Shown here in pieces: positions 1 through 12,452 of a stretch of 64,000 nucleotides of DNA. Position 1 is the first letter of the stretch; each line of letters begins with the position of its first letter. Location of the stretch: positions 131,564,001 to 131,628,000 of the forward strand of contig OZ024745.1 in the NCBI GenBank assembly GCA_964016885.1, written 5' to 3'. Below the pieces are notes generated by a model. The model did no database searches, was not told the DNA's origin, and saw only the letters and a program-made list of their open reading frames with translations. Source of the DNA: Eledone cirrhosa. Lineage: Eukaryota. Position numbers and translations under genes: made by a program.

Positions 1-100
1 CCCCTCTACTACATGTGACATATTCTCTGCTCTACTATATGTGACATATTCTCCCCTCTACTACATGTGCTGTATTCTCCTCTCTGCTACATGTGCTGTA
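1..100. repeat. End of a ~27-bp tandem repeat (ctctactacatgtgacatattctc...)
   Basis: About 4 degenerate units visible at the window start. Confidence 0.7.
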
Positions 101-404
101 TTCTTGCTAAATAATTCCTCCCCAGGGTCTGCAATCCCATTGAATTCCCTTTCACACATATTTTCCCTTACATAGAGAAATTTGAACTGAAAATCAATGA
201 CATCAACCCCAACAGTCTGTGAGGATAATAAAATGAAGATGAATGTTAAAGTAATATTCCTGAAAACAGGAACAATTCTTATAATAACGAGCAGAAAAAC
301 CACCCTTCAGGTGGTTTTCTGCTAGCACGTGTAGTGTGCATATTGATATTATATGCAAATATACATGCATGGAGATATGGTACGTCAAATAAAATAATAA
401 TTTG

Positions 405-512
405 GATGGAAGCCAAAGTTAACCTCGGTGGGATTTGAACTCAGAACGTAAAGGGCCGTAACTCTATGCTGCAAACCGTAGCGTACGACCCTCTGCCGAT
501 ACTGCCAAAGCT
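405..512 (-). mobile_element. tRNA-derived SINE fragment
   Basis: Reverse complement has B-box GAGTTCAAATCCC followed by gaggttaactttg; same family as 62446-63762. Confidence 0.75.
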
Positions 513-714
513 CTTAAGTGGTAATAGGACAATGTGTGTATGTGCGCGCACATGAGTTTGTTGGCGTTCTTAAATTAGAGACACGTGTGTGTGTGTGTGT
601 CACTGTTTGTAAGTTAGACATATATGTGTGTATCCCTTTCCTTCCTTTTACACACACATACATTCACACAAGCACACATACACATTGCGTGATGGACAGA
701 TGGACAGAAGTCCC

Positions 715-1372
715 TCAAATTTATATATGTGTGAATGGAGTTCTACTGAAGCAGTTAGAGAAGTTCAAGTATCTCGGGGCCGTGTTCATGAGTGATGGAA
801 GGCAGGAGGCTGAATTAAATGCAAGAATTGCAGGAGCTGATGCAGTAATGCGCCAGCTTCAGCATTCAGAAATCAGAAGAAGGGGGTAGGTGTAAAAGCC
901 AAACTTGCCGTCTTCCTGGTATTCCTGCCAACTTTTACCGAGGATCATGAATCTTGAGTAATGACCAAAAGAATACAATTGTAAATAAAAGCGGCAGAAA
1001 TGGGATTCCTGCGACGGATCTTTGGAGTAATGTTATTCAATAAAGTGCATCGCTCAGAGACCAGAGAGTCACTCCTGATAGAGCCGCTACTTCGCCGAAT
1101 TGAGAGATCGCAACTCCGATATTATGAGCATGTGGTTAGAATGTCTCAGTAAAGAATCTCTGAACACATTTTACAGGCAAACCCAGCCTGCAAGAGACCC
1201 AGAGGTAGACCCTGAGCAAGATAGTTGGATAACATCCATGAGCTTGGCTGGTCACGCATTAGGATCCAGCTGCATCAGTTAGAGATGTTTGTTACTGACA
1301 GACTTGCTGGAAGGAGTGTTTGAGAAGGACTCTGCCCCCACGACCTTCTCAGAAATAAGTGGGTGAAGAAGA
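715..1372 (+). mobile_element. Degenerate RTE-clade LINE 3' fragment
   Basis: VNGVLLKQLEKFKYLGAVFMSDGRQEAELNARIAGA and downstream AAEMGFLRRI, IERSQLRY, RPRGRP motifs, with stops and frameshifts. Confidence 0.85.
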
Positions 1373-1655
1373 TATTGTCAATTTACTTTTCAATTTACAT
1401 ATATCTATATGCATATATATTTGCACATAATACCAATATGAACACTACATATGCCAGCAGAAAACCGCCCAAAGGGCGATTTTTCTGCTAGTATTTCTAA
1501 TGAAAGATACTACCTATGATTTTCAAACAATTTTGAATTTGAGGGGAGTTAGTAATACTGTCTCATTATTAAGCTGGTGTTTAACAATTAATCTAACAAA
1601 GGTACTTACATAAAACTATGATGGAAGGTTTTTTTTAGATAAATACAAAATCACT

Positions 1656-1891
1656 TTAACTCTTTAGTTAACAACCTGGCCCAAACCAGTTCTGGTTCTA
1701 TGAAATAAAACCACCCATTTTAAAGGGTTCCAATTTAAATAAAAATCTTCCGACATAATTTTATATAAGAGCCTTACATTAAGTTACTAAGTATTGAAAT
1801 AATTAATAATTTTTGTAAATCCTTCAAAATTGTTCTTTAATTAATCAAAATAGAGGGCATTTCATTAGAAATACAGTCATGAAAAGGTTAA
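1656..1891 (+). mobile_element. TTAA-flanked MITE (piggyBac-like termini)
   Basis: ttaa|ctcttt ... aaagg|ttaa termini; homologous copies at 2642-2879, 5665-5905, 13030-13157, 21991-22097. Confidence 0.7.
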
Positions 1892-1977
1892 AAGAAACAG
1901 ATTAGAACCAAGAATGGTTTTAGGCAGTCAGGTATCAAAAGGGTTAAAGAAATGACATTATAACAATGGTATCATAC

Positions 1978-2239
1978 CCGGGGAGTAATTTTGATTTTCG
2001 TGGTCCAGTCTCCACCATAGTTGCCCCCTGGCTTTTTAATAAATTCTGTCCTGATTGTATATTGATCTTCAGTGATCTCCTGGATTCCAAAGTTGACACC
2101 ATCATGCTTGAGCCAACCATAACGCAAGAGATTGTCCCCTTGGTCACACCAGTGACGTAAAGCTGGTGGCATATGTCGTGTAAATTCTGTCATCCACATC
2201 ATTCCAACAACAGGGGAATTAGGACTCCGGGTTTTCAGG
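1978..2239 (-). CDS. MOGS: Internal coding exon of mannosyl-oligosaccharide glucosidase (glucosidase I, GH63 N-terminal domain)
   Basis: Translation LKTRSPNSPVVGMMWMTEFTRHMPPALRHWCDQGDNLLRYGWLKHDGVNFGIQEITEDQYTIRTEFIKKPGGNYGGDWTTKIKITPR matches the MOGS motifs KTRSP..G.MW, LRH.C.QGD...YGW..HDG..FG.Q and TEF.K.PGG..GGDW. Bounded by acceptor ctattttgcag| (2240-2250) and donor |gtatga (1977-1972); 262 nt, starts phase 2, ends phase 0. Confidence 0.92.
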
Positions 2240-2244
2240 CTGCA

Positions 2245-2417
2245 AAATAGACACATATACATCATTAGTATATAAAAATAGACACATATACATCATTAGT
2301 ATATAAAAATAGACACATATACATCATTAGTATATAAAAATAGACACATATACATCATTAGTATATAAAAATAGACACATATACATCATTAGTATATAAA
2401 AATAGACACATATACAT
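2245..2417. repeat. ~31-bp minisatellite at the MOGS splice acceptor
   Basis: About 5.5 near-perfect units of aaatagacacatatacatcattagtatataa. Confidence 0.9.
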
Positions 2418-2641
2418 AAATCTATATTTTAAGGTACACAAATGTTTGAGAGAAAAAGAACAATGATTTCATTTAATTAGGCACAAGACTGAAGATTAAA
2501 AAGAAAAATAATGCTGTGATGTTCATTCACTTTTCAAGGTTACTAGCAACATAAATGAAGTGAAATCACTTTAATCCTGAAGCAAAATTATATAGTTAAG
2601 TTTATCTCTTGCATGGCAGCAGACAACTGAGAAATATAACT

Positions 2642-2879
2642 TTAATCCTTTAGTTCCCAGCCTGGCAAAAACCAGCTCTGGTTCTATGGAATAAAACCAC
2701 ACACTTTAAACGTTTCCAATTTAAATAAAATTTTTCCAACAATTTTATATAAGAACCTTAAATTAAGTTACAAAAATTATCAATTATTTCATTACTAACA
2801 TATTAAGTCCCTTAAAATTCTTCACTAATTAATTAAAATACACTGTATTTCAAAAGAAATGCAGTCATGATAGGGTTAA
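2642..2879 (+). mobile_element. TTAA-flanked MITE copy
   Basis: ttaa|tccttt ... taggg|ttaa; internal similarity to 1656-1891. Confidence 0.7.
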
Positions 2880-2977
2880 ACTCAATAAGGGAACCTCTAT
2901 GTGGTCACTAGACCTGCTAGAAACAGCAACCAAATCTATCTCAAATCACTGCCTTAGAAAAGTAGATGTTGGATAAT

Positions 2978-3190
2978 GAGGCCTGAGTGTTTCCTGCACA
3001 TAAAAACAAGGTTTGAGTGTTTCCTGCACATAAAAACAAGGCCTGAGTGTTTCCTGCACATAAAAACAAGGCCTCAGTGTTTCCTGCACATAAAAACAAG
3101 GCCTCAGTGTTTCCTGCACATAAAAACAAGGCCTCAGTGTTTCCTGCACATAAAAACAAGGCCTCAGTGTTTCCTGCACATAAAAACAAG
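2978..3190. repeat. 30-bp minisatellite, ~7 units
   Basis: Unit aaggcctcagtgtttcctgcacataaaaac. Confidence 0.95.
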
Positions 3191-3878
3191 ATGGTATTGT
3201 CATAACTGGAATACTTTTCATCATAGGTCTGCTTGATCAAGTCTGGACTATGATTAAACAACAATATCGAATTTATGAGACAAGATTGTATATTTTAATG
3301 GAGAAAAAAGGAATAAGGATGCTGTCATGTCATATTTTTCCCATGACGTTAATTATTATAGCAAGTTTGAAATGAATTATATGTCAGATATGACAGTAAA
3401 AGACAAAAACAACAACAAAAAACCACAAATAAACAAAAGAAAAGAAACAAGTTAAGTAATATGTTGCAAGTAGAAAAATACTATGGCATTATTTTCTAAT
3501 TTCTCTGACGCACTTGGTATCAGAACCTAGCGTGTCTCATATACGTATACTACTAAAAATAGCAGCCATGTGCGTTATTTTATATATGCACACTATTCAG
3601 TCTTCTGAGATACTTAGAAGTGAAGGGTTTACTAATTTTACACCTACTGATGAGCAAAAGAATTGGTAATTCTCTTCACTAAAATTGCAAAACAGCATCA
3701 CCAAAAGCTGTCTGGGTGTCTGCCCCAATATTGGTTTGTATTTATTTTCTTGATTTATTCTTTTAAATTGAGCCTGGCAATTGTTCATAGTTAGTATTTT
3801 TTTCATCCGAGTGAATCTGGTCCCTTACGATTTGAACACATATATGTATATATCTGTGTTTATCTCTCTTTTATATTC

Positions 3879-3938
<60 letters not shown>

Positions 3939-4195
3939 GTATGTATACAAAAGGCAAACAGAAATAACAAAGCAAATGACTCAGTACAATGAAGAAATAT
4001 ATTAGTTTTATGCTTGATATAGTAGGAAAAGTCTTAACGTTTCAGATGCAAGTCTTTCACCAAAAAAATATGAGAATTTAAAAAAGGAATAGAAAGATAG
4101 AGGAGAGTGAGCAGTGGCAGAACCAAAAAGAAATTTCTTTGAGAGATGCAGATCTATTCAGGTTGCCATCTCTTATATATATATATTAGATTTAG

Positions 4196-4375
4196 AGATA
4201 TTAAATAAATGGAAACTATATTTATAAATATAGTTTTATAAATATAGTTTCCATTTATGTAATATCTTTGAATATTATACTCCAGAAAACCTGTCGAGTG
4301 CTCTGGATCAGTTATAAACATTTATATTTGTTGAATTACCAACAAATTGAATATCCCTTCTGCTTATATTAGATC
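4196..4375. mobile_element. Short Penelope-like pseudo-LTR palindrome with tail
   Basis: Inverted arms over 4196-4267 (aaatggaaactatatttataaa) homologous to 47082-47430; tail hairpin at 4279-4302; between TA-rich tracts. Confidence 0.6.
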
Positions 4376-5664
4376 TATATATATAGATCTCTCTCTCTAT
4401 ATATATATATCAGATAGGGTGTGGTAAAATACCAGGTGGATCATAACCCACCAGAGTACTCAATACTTGGGGTAGTAGAGTGGGTAATATGAAAAGATTC
4501 AGGACCCTGATGGCTGAACTCCAGCCGTTTCAACAGCTAGATCAGAACAAAAAAGTAAATGGAATTAACAACGCAAACAACCACCTACCCAGCACATGCT
4601 GTAAGGTGGTTGATGCCAATTATGGATTATAATGAGCAAGATTGGTCACTCCGACCTGTATGTGTGTGTACATGTGTGTGTGTGTGTGTGTGTGCGTGCG
4701 TATGTATGTATGTGTGTGTGTGGTGATATGATAGAAATAGAGATTGTCTCTGTACAAGTGAACTTCAATTATTGCCCCAGTATGGGGGCTATCTGCTTCA
4801 GCTTCTGCATCTTGTGAAAAGGTCAAATGATATTGATTTTAAACTATTTCACTGAAATACTTCATTGAACTGTCTTCACTTTTCAAAGAAGTTGGTTGAA
4901 GTTAAATTGTCATCTCCTTCTTTGACATATTAATGACTGTGCGACTTCATTAAGCTAATGAAAATAAAATAAATTAAAAATATAAATTATTCTGAGTGTG
5001 TAAGGATGTGCCTAGGTACAGGTATAACTGAGTAGTTAAGGTATTTGTCCTGAAATCAACTTTATTGTAACACATACATGACTACCCCCTGTGTGGTGTA
5101 GTGGCTCTAGAACAGGATGACATTCAGCGTATTCAAGTCACAAGATCAACAGGCTGCCTTCCAGACAACTAATCTATTTTTCTTCTTACTGTTTAGTCAG
5201 GAAGAGAAGGGAAGTATCCATAACCCTTTTTAGAGACTCTCAAGCTGGTATGAAAAATAGTGGGAATGAAACTATCCTAAATCTAGAGATTTGATCTGAA
5301 TGCTTGCAATAGCATGGAGTTTGGTAAAGGTCAGGTGGTGGTTGTGTTAAACCAGATGCCAGTCTACCACCCAAGTAAGCAACGGTGAGATTTGAACTCA
5401 GAATGCAAAGAGTTGAAACAAATGCTGCAATGTATCACAATTGGCAATATAACAATGCTGCTAACCTGATACTTTAATTTATTGACATTGAAAGAGTGAA
5501 AGGCAAAGTTGACCTCAACAGGATTTGAATTCAGAGTGCAAAGATCCAGAACAAATACTGCAAGGCATTTTGTCTAATGCACAAATGATCTTGTCAATTT
5601 GCCATTATACTTATCATTCAAATCTAACTGGGTGTCCTCAACAATGAGGACTTTTCATATTAGG

Positions 5665-5905
5665 TTAACCTTTTCAGACTGTATTTCTAATGAAATAAAC
5701 TTTATTTCAATGAAATAAACTTTATTATTTAATGAAGAATTTTGAGAGATTTTCTAAAATTATTAATTATTTCATTACTAAGATAGTAACTTAATGTAAG
5801 GTCTTATATGAAATTATATTGGAAGATTTTGATTTAAATTGGAAACCTTTAAAATGGGTGGTTTTATTTCATAGAAGCGGAGCTGGTTTTCAGAGGCTAA
5901 ACAAC
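5665..5905 (-). mobile_element. TTAA MITE copy
   Basis: Reverse-complement similarity to 1656-1891. Confidence 0.65.
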
Positions 5906-6315
5906 AACCGTCATGACTTCTTTACATTCAAAGTTCAAAACAGGATGAGATCTAAGGAAAACATGGTTTAATGAAACATGTTATTTCTAGTGTTTATAGC
6001 AGAAAAAAGGTTATCTGGATAGAGGGATTGATCATCCACAAGGTAAGAGCCAGAAGCCAAAAGCATTAGAGGAGGGGAGGGGGCCATCTTGTATTGGCCA
6101 AAGAGATGTCGTTTGTTAAAAAGAATGTAGAGGCTAACATCATAGTTGTAAAAAGACAAAATGTACCTGAGGTCACGTCTATGACACATGTTTCATTGTG
6201 AGTTTAGGCAGTATATTTAACTTCATGTGGTCTAAACCTTGCTAGATGGGATGATAGGCAGTAAATGGTGATGATGATGGTTCCCTGTTACAATTAAGTA
6301 CTAGATAATCTAGGT

Positions 6316-6640
6316 GAAGGCTCATGCATTAGTGGTTAGAGCATTGGGCTTGCAATTGAGAGGTTGTGAGTTTGATTCTCGGACCGGGTGATGTGTTGTG
6401 TCCTTGAGCAAGACACTTTATTTCATGTTGGTCCAGTTTACTTAGCTGTAGAAATGAGTTGCAATATACCTGGTGCCAAGCTGTATTGGCCATTGCCTTT
6501 CCCTTCGTGGCATGGAGAGGGGAGACTCATATACATGGGAGATTGTTGGTCTTCCACAAACATCCTTGCTCAGGCTTGTGCCTCAGAAGAGGAACTTTCT
6601 AGGTGAAAAACCATGGTCATTAGTGACCGATGGTGGCCTT
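6316..6640 (+). mobile_element. tRNA-derived SINE
   Basis: A-box tagtggttagagc, B-box-like gagtttgattctc, then the central tccttgagcaagacactttatttca segment shared with other SINE copies. Confidence 0.75.
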
Positions 6641-7182
6641 TATTTAATCTAATAATTATTATGAGTGATAGATGGACATCTTATCCATGAGGAAGAACAA
6701 GATTAATTTCTCATCTGATTAAAACGATACAATTAAAATTAAGCAGTGCTGAGGTCTTAGAATGCTTTGCTTGTGTGCACTGGAGGTATTTCTTGCGATA
6801 GTTCTGACATCTCCTCACCATAAAATCCTTGTAAGTCATAAGATATGGATGTGGCAAAACCACAAACAAAACAAATGAAAGCACCTAAACTGATTAACAA
6901 CCAAATCTGAGATTGATAGAAGAGATGTGGTGGAGTGGGAGGACAGAAAGAAAATCAAGAATCACTGACAAAAAACAGAAATACATTAGATACAAACATC
7001 AATGAGGAGATAGAAAAAACTTGTGAGGAATATCAATTGGATCGGAGCCATATATGGGCATTAGCTAATATGTGGTTGAGAATAAGTATTGTAATATAGA
7101 GGAGAGAGAAAACAATCAGGGGAGAACGGGAAGGATTGAGAGAAGATTGACAAAGAGAAAAATGAGAGAGAGGAATAGAGAT

Positions 7183-7237
<55 letters not shown>

Positions 7238-7440
7238 GATATATGTAGATAAATCTACCAAGAGTTTACGGTAGTGTCCAATCCGTATGAAGAACTCAAT
7301 GTAATCCGGATATCATGGAAAGAAGAGATACATTTAAAATCACTTTCGGTGAAAGATAAACGGAATACAGAGTCAAGATAAAGTATTAAAAAAATAATGA
7401 ATAAAACAATGAAGCAGTTCCTTATATTAAACAAAAAAAG

Positions 7441-7593
7441 TTCATTATTTAACGATCGTTTCTAGGACATATATGTGTTAGAATTGGCATGCATATTCAA
7501 CAGATCTATGTACAAAATTATACAAAATTATACAAACTATCAAATTTAATATACATACCAACACATACATATGCCGTCTTCAGAAATAATGAA
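7441..7593 (-). ncRNA. Type I minimal hammerhead ribozyme motif (mirror of 9663-9815)
   Basis: Reverse complement of the plus-strand motif. Confidence 0.75.
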
Positions 7594-8399
7594 ATATATT
7601 TATTGATAATAACAACAATTCAAAATTACAGGTCTGTTTGGGAACAGAGTTCAAATTGACCAATGAAATACACAAAAATATATCAAGAAAATACAGTTAG
7701 GTGTGTGTATATATGTAAGTAACTTCATTCACAGATATGCATAAAAATATATGTTCACATGCATACGCATGTCGAAAAAATGTATGTAAGTACAAAAATT
7801 CAGGGCTAATGTCTCTGTATGTTTATAATCTACAGACAAAATACACATACGTATATAAACATATATACATTCATATATACACACATATACATACATTCAC
7901 ACACACACGCGCATATACACATAAACATACACATAACCACGAACATACACACACACCCACACACATATGTATATATTATTATTATAAGCATATGGACTCT
8001 ACTACTATTTAACTTCAAAATTCCGCTTCAAATATTATAAACCTAAGTAGTATACACCTTAGAAATCAATATATTAACTATTTTTAATTTAGTTAACCTA
8101 TAATTAATAGTCTACTTATATTAAAATGCATAATTTTGCCTTCTTTCTTACATTTCCTAATACTGAAACTACTATGTAAACACATATTATGATCTAAATG
8201 CAGATTAATATTCTATGTTCCTTGAAACCTATATTTACTATTTCCCACTAATAATTTTAATCCATCCCGCCCCCCTATAATTATTTGTATTTGTAAGTGT
8301 GGATGTATGTATGTGTATGTATGTAGGTATGTATGTTTGGGTGTTTGTATGTGAGTATAAAAATACATATGTGCACATGTAAATAAGCGTGTATAATTG

Positions 8400-8456
<57 letters not shown>

Positions 8457-8545
8457 GTGTATGTATATGTCTATATGTATATGTGTGTTTGTATATATGT
8501 ATGTGTACGTGTGTATGTGTGTATATATATTTGTAGAGATGTGTG

Positions 8546-8576
<31 letters not shown>

Positions 8577-8649
8577 GTGCATAATTGTCTGACTGTGTGT
8601 ATTTATTTATTTATTTATTTATTTCTTTATATATATATATATATGTATA

Positions 8650-8718
<69 letters not shown>

Positions 8719-8940
8719 GTGTATGTATATGTGTGTGTGTGTATATATATTTATGTGTATGTATATATATATATATATGTATATATATGTATGTATATGT
8801 GTATATATATATCTCTTTATTTATGTATGTCTGAGTTGTGTGAGCGTGTGGTTGTATGTGTATATGCATACATGGATGTGTGTGTGTGTGTATATATACG
8901 TATATGTATGTGTGTGTGTGTATGTATATGTGTGTGTGTG

Positions 8941-8971
<31 letters not shown>

Positions 8972-9014
8972 CTGTGTATATGTGTGTGTGTATATATGTG
9001 TGTATATATATGTG

Positions 9015-9046
<32 letters not shown>

Positions 9047-9662
9047 TATGTATATCGATGTGTATTTTATATTTTACTTGTTTATATATTTTTTTTTAAT
9101 ATATTTCTTTTTATTTCTAAATTTATAGATACATTTTATAAATAGGCAGTTGTCTGACACCCTTAGTAATTACTGACCCCCTTACCTACTTTCTGCATCT
9201 AGATGTAAATATATGTGGCAGTGCTTATATTATGTGTGCGCCTTAATGTCCATATGCTTATAATAATAATATATACATATGTGTGTGTGTGTGTGTGGGT
9301 GTGTGTGTGTGTATGTTCGTGGTTATGTGTATGTTTATGTGTATATGCGTGTGTGTGTGAATGTATGTATATGTGTGTATATATGAATGTATATATGTTT
9401 ATATACGTATGTGTATTTTGTCTGTAGATTATAAACATACAGAGACATTAGCCCTGAATTTTTGTACTTACATACATTTTTCGACATGCGTATGCATGTG
9501 AACATATATTTTTATGCATATCTGTGAACGAAGTTACTTACATATATACACACACCTAACTGTATTTTCTTGATATATTTTTGTGTATTTCATTGGTCAA
9601 TTTGAACTCTGTTCCCAAACAGACCTGTAATTTTGAATTGTTGTTATTATCAATAAATATAT

Positions 9663-9815
9663 TTCATTATTTCTGAAGACGGCATATGTATGTGTTGGTA
9701 TGTATATTAAATTTGATAGTTTGTATAATTTTGTATAATTTTGTACATAGATCTGTTGAATATGCATGCCAATTCTAACACATATATGTCCTAGAAACGA
9801 TCGTTAAATAATGAA
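9663..9815 (+). ncRNA. Type I minimal hammerhead ribozyme motif with long stem II
   Basis: Stem I TTCATTATTT/AAATAATGAA (10 bp), CTGAAGA at 9673-9679, stem II ggcatatgtatgtgttgg/ctaacacatatatgtc, GAAA-C-GATC-G-TT at 9794-9805. Confidence 0.78.
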
Positions 9816-9872
9816 CTTTTTTTTGTTTAATATAAGGAACTGCTTCATTGTTTTATTCATTATTTTTTTAAT

Positions 9873-9912
<40 letters not shown>

Positions 9913-10330
9913 TAAATAAATAACCATGGCTCAATAAATTATTTAATTGATTTACATATGTTTCATTCAAGTACAGAAGGAGGTGGCATTTAATCTACCA
10001 TAAATATATGTTTGTGTGTATGTGTGTGTGTGTGTGTGAAGGCGCGTGGCTGAGTGGTTAGAGAATTGGATTCACAATCTTAAGGTTGCGAGATCGATTC
10101 CTGGACCAGCTGAAGCATTATTTCCTGGAGTTGCGAGCGATATATAGTATTAGCAACTGGAAAGACCAACGGTCTGATTTGACGAAAGTCAATATATATA
10201 TATATATATCCTTATCAGGAGAATGGATGTTAAATGATATGATGTTAATGATGATGATGATATAACTATCATCATCATCATCTATAATATGTATAACAGT
10301 AATAACAAAAATTACTTGTATACCTGGAAG

Positions 10331-12452
10331 ATAACAGCTGTAAAAAGTTCCTGGCTTTGGGTAAAAGAAAATACAGGAGGATCAGTTAATTATGATTTTA
10401 TTCAACATACCCCCCCCCCCCCCCTTGCCAGATTCACACACTTATTGCAGCAGTCCCACTTTCCTTGTAGTAACAGGAAACAGCAGTCCTACCTTCCTTG
10501 TAAAGGTAACAGCAGTGCTACCTTCCTTGTAAAGGTAACAGCTCTACCCTTCCAGATTCACACTTATTGCAGCAGTGCTACCTTCCTTGTAAAGGTAACA
10601 GCTCTACCCTTCCAGATTCACACATTTATTGCAGCAGTCCTACCTTCCTTGTAAAGGTTACAGCAGTGCTACCTTCCTTGTAAAGGTAACAGCCCTACCC
10701 TTCCAGATTCACACTTATTGCAGCAGTGCTACCTTCCTTGTAAAGGTAACAGCTCTACCCTTCCAGATTCACACTTATTGCAGCAGTCCTACCTTCCTTG
10801 TAAAGGTTACAGCAGTGCTACCTTCCTTGTAAAGGTAACAGCTCTACCCTTCCAGATTCACACTTATTGCAGCAGTGCTACCTTCCTTGTAAAGGTAACA
10901 GCTCTACCCTTCCAGATTCACACTTATTGCAGCAGTCCTACCTTCCTTGTAAAGGTTACAGCAGTGCTACCTTCCTTGTAAAGGTAACAGCTCTACCCTT
11001 CCAGATTCACTTATTGCAGCAGTGCTACCTTCCTTGTAAAGGTAACATCTCTACCCTTCCAGATTCACACTTATTGCAGCAGTCCTACCTTCCTTGTAAA
11101 GGTTACAGCAGTGCTACCTTCCTTGTAAAGGTAACAGCTCTACCCTTCCAGATTCACACTTATTGCAGCAGTCCTACCTTCCTTGTAAAGGTAACAGCCC
11201 TACCCTTCCAGATTCACACTTATTGCAGCAGTGCTACCTTCCTTGTAAAGGTAACAGCCCTACCCTTCCAGATTCACACACTTATTGCAGCAGTGCTACC
11301 TTCCTTGTAAAGGTAACAGCCCTACCCTTCCAGAGTCACACTTATTGCAGCAGTGCTACCTTCCTTGTAAAGGTAACAGCCCTACCCTTCCAGATTCACA
11401 CACTTATTGCAGCAGTGCTACCTTCCTTGTAAAGGTAACAGCCCTACCCTTCCAGATTCACACACTTATTGCAGCAGTGCTACCTTCCTTGTAAAGGTAA
11501 CAGCCCTACCCTTCCAGAGTCACACTTATTGCAGCAGTGCTACCTTCCTTGTAAAGGTAACAGCCCTACCCTTCCAGATTCACACACTTATTGCAGCAGT
11601 GCTACCTTCCTTGTAAAGGTAACAGCCCTACCCTTCCAGATTCACACACTTATTGCAGCAGTGCTACCTTCCTTGTAAAGGTAACAGCCCTACCCTTCCA
11701 GATTCACACTTATTGCAGCAGTGCTACCTTCCTTGTAAAGGTAACAGCTCTAACCTTCCAGATTCACACTTATTGCAGCAGTGCTACCTTCCTTGTAAAG
11801 GTAACAGCTCTACCCTTCCAGATTCACACTTATTGCAGCAGTGCTACCTTCCTTGTAAAGGTAACAGCTCTAACCTTCCAGATTCACACTTATTGCAGCA
11901 GTGCTACCTTCCTTGTAAAAGTAACAGCCCTACCCTTCCAGATTCACACACTTATTGCAGCAGTGCTACCTTCCTTGTAAAGGTAACAGCCCTACCCTTC
12001 CAGATTCACACTTATTGCAGCAGTGCTACCTTCCTTGTAAAGGTTACAGCAGTGCTACCTTCCTTGTAAAAGTAACAGCCCTACCCTTCCAGATTCACAC
12101 ACTTATTGCAGCAGTGCTACCTTCCTTGTAAAGGTAACAGCTCTACCCTTCCAGATTCACACTTATTGCAGCAGTGCTACCTTCCTTGTAAAAGTAACAG
12201 CCCTACCCTTCCAGATTCACACACTTATTGCAGCAGTGCTACCTTCCTTGTAAAGGTAACAGCCCTACCCTTCCAGATTCACACTTATTGCAGCAGTGCT
12301 ACCTTCCTTGTAAAGGTAACAGCCCTACCCTTCCAGATTCACACTTATTGCAGCAGTGCTACCTTCCTTGTAAAGGTTACAGCAGTGCTACCTTCCTTGT
12401 AAAAGTAACAGCTCTAACCTTTCAGCCAGGAACTTTTCAGCACCCCCGCATA
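10331..12452 (-). mobile_element. Non-autonomous mariner-derived element with internal minisatellite expansion
   Basis: TIR core aaaagttcctggct (10343-10356) inverted with agccaggaacttttcagcacccccgca|ta (12424-12452). The minus strand encodes a mariner-like C-terminus (NKCVNL..G.YVE*). Unexpanded copy at 18004-18220. Confidence 0.75.
10430..12420. repeat. 60/62-bp minisatellite with 29-bp subunits, ~33 units
   Basis: Unit agcagtgctaccttccttgtaaaggtaacagctctacccttccagattcacacttattgc. Confidence 0.95.

Larger units (their letters stand above)
7250..9879 (+). mobile_element. Penelope-like element relic: ~620-bp inverted pseudo-LTRs (7378-7997 / 9248-9879) plus tail 7250-7377
   Basis: Near-perfect inverted repeat, a hammerhead in each arm, both ends at (TA)n. 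The spacer is mostly microsatellite, with a possible decayed endonuclease C-terminus near 8130-8210 (weak). Confidence 0.75.

Noticed and set aside
61-262. Possible next MOGS exon after the acceptor-like tgttttcag at ~262
   Set aside because: No frame resembles the expected MOGS continuation and no convincing donor was found
4750-4955. Acceptor-like ttttcattag followed by non-repetitive minus-strand sequence
   Set aside because: Early stops in all three frames
8238-9145. Long YI/CV-rich ORFs (also 29344-29796, 32479-33336, 58496-59234)
   Set aside because: Translations of (TA)n/(TG)n microsatellites
7378-9879. Long inverted repeats as TIRs of a DNA transposon or foldback element
   Set aside because: Asymmetric tail, hammerhead motifs and the same layout as the ORF-bearing PLE at 29837-32500 favour retroelement pseudo-LTRs
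10038-10110. tRNA-like sequence (also 40168-40230 and 6316-6390)
   Set aside because: A and B boxes are present but the cloverleaf is incomplete and, where intact, continues into SINE body; SINE heads, not tRNA genes
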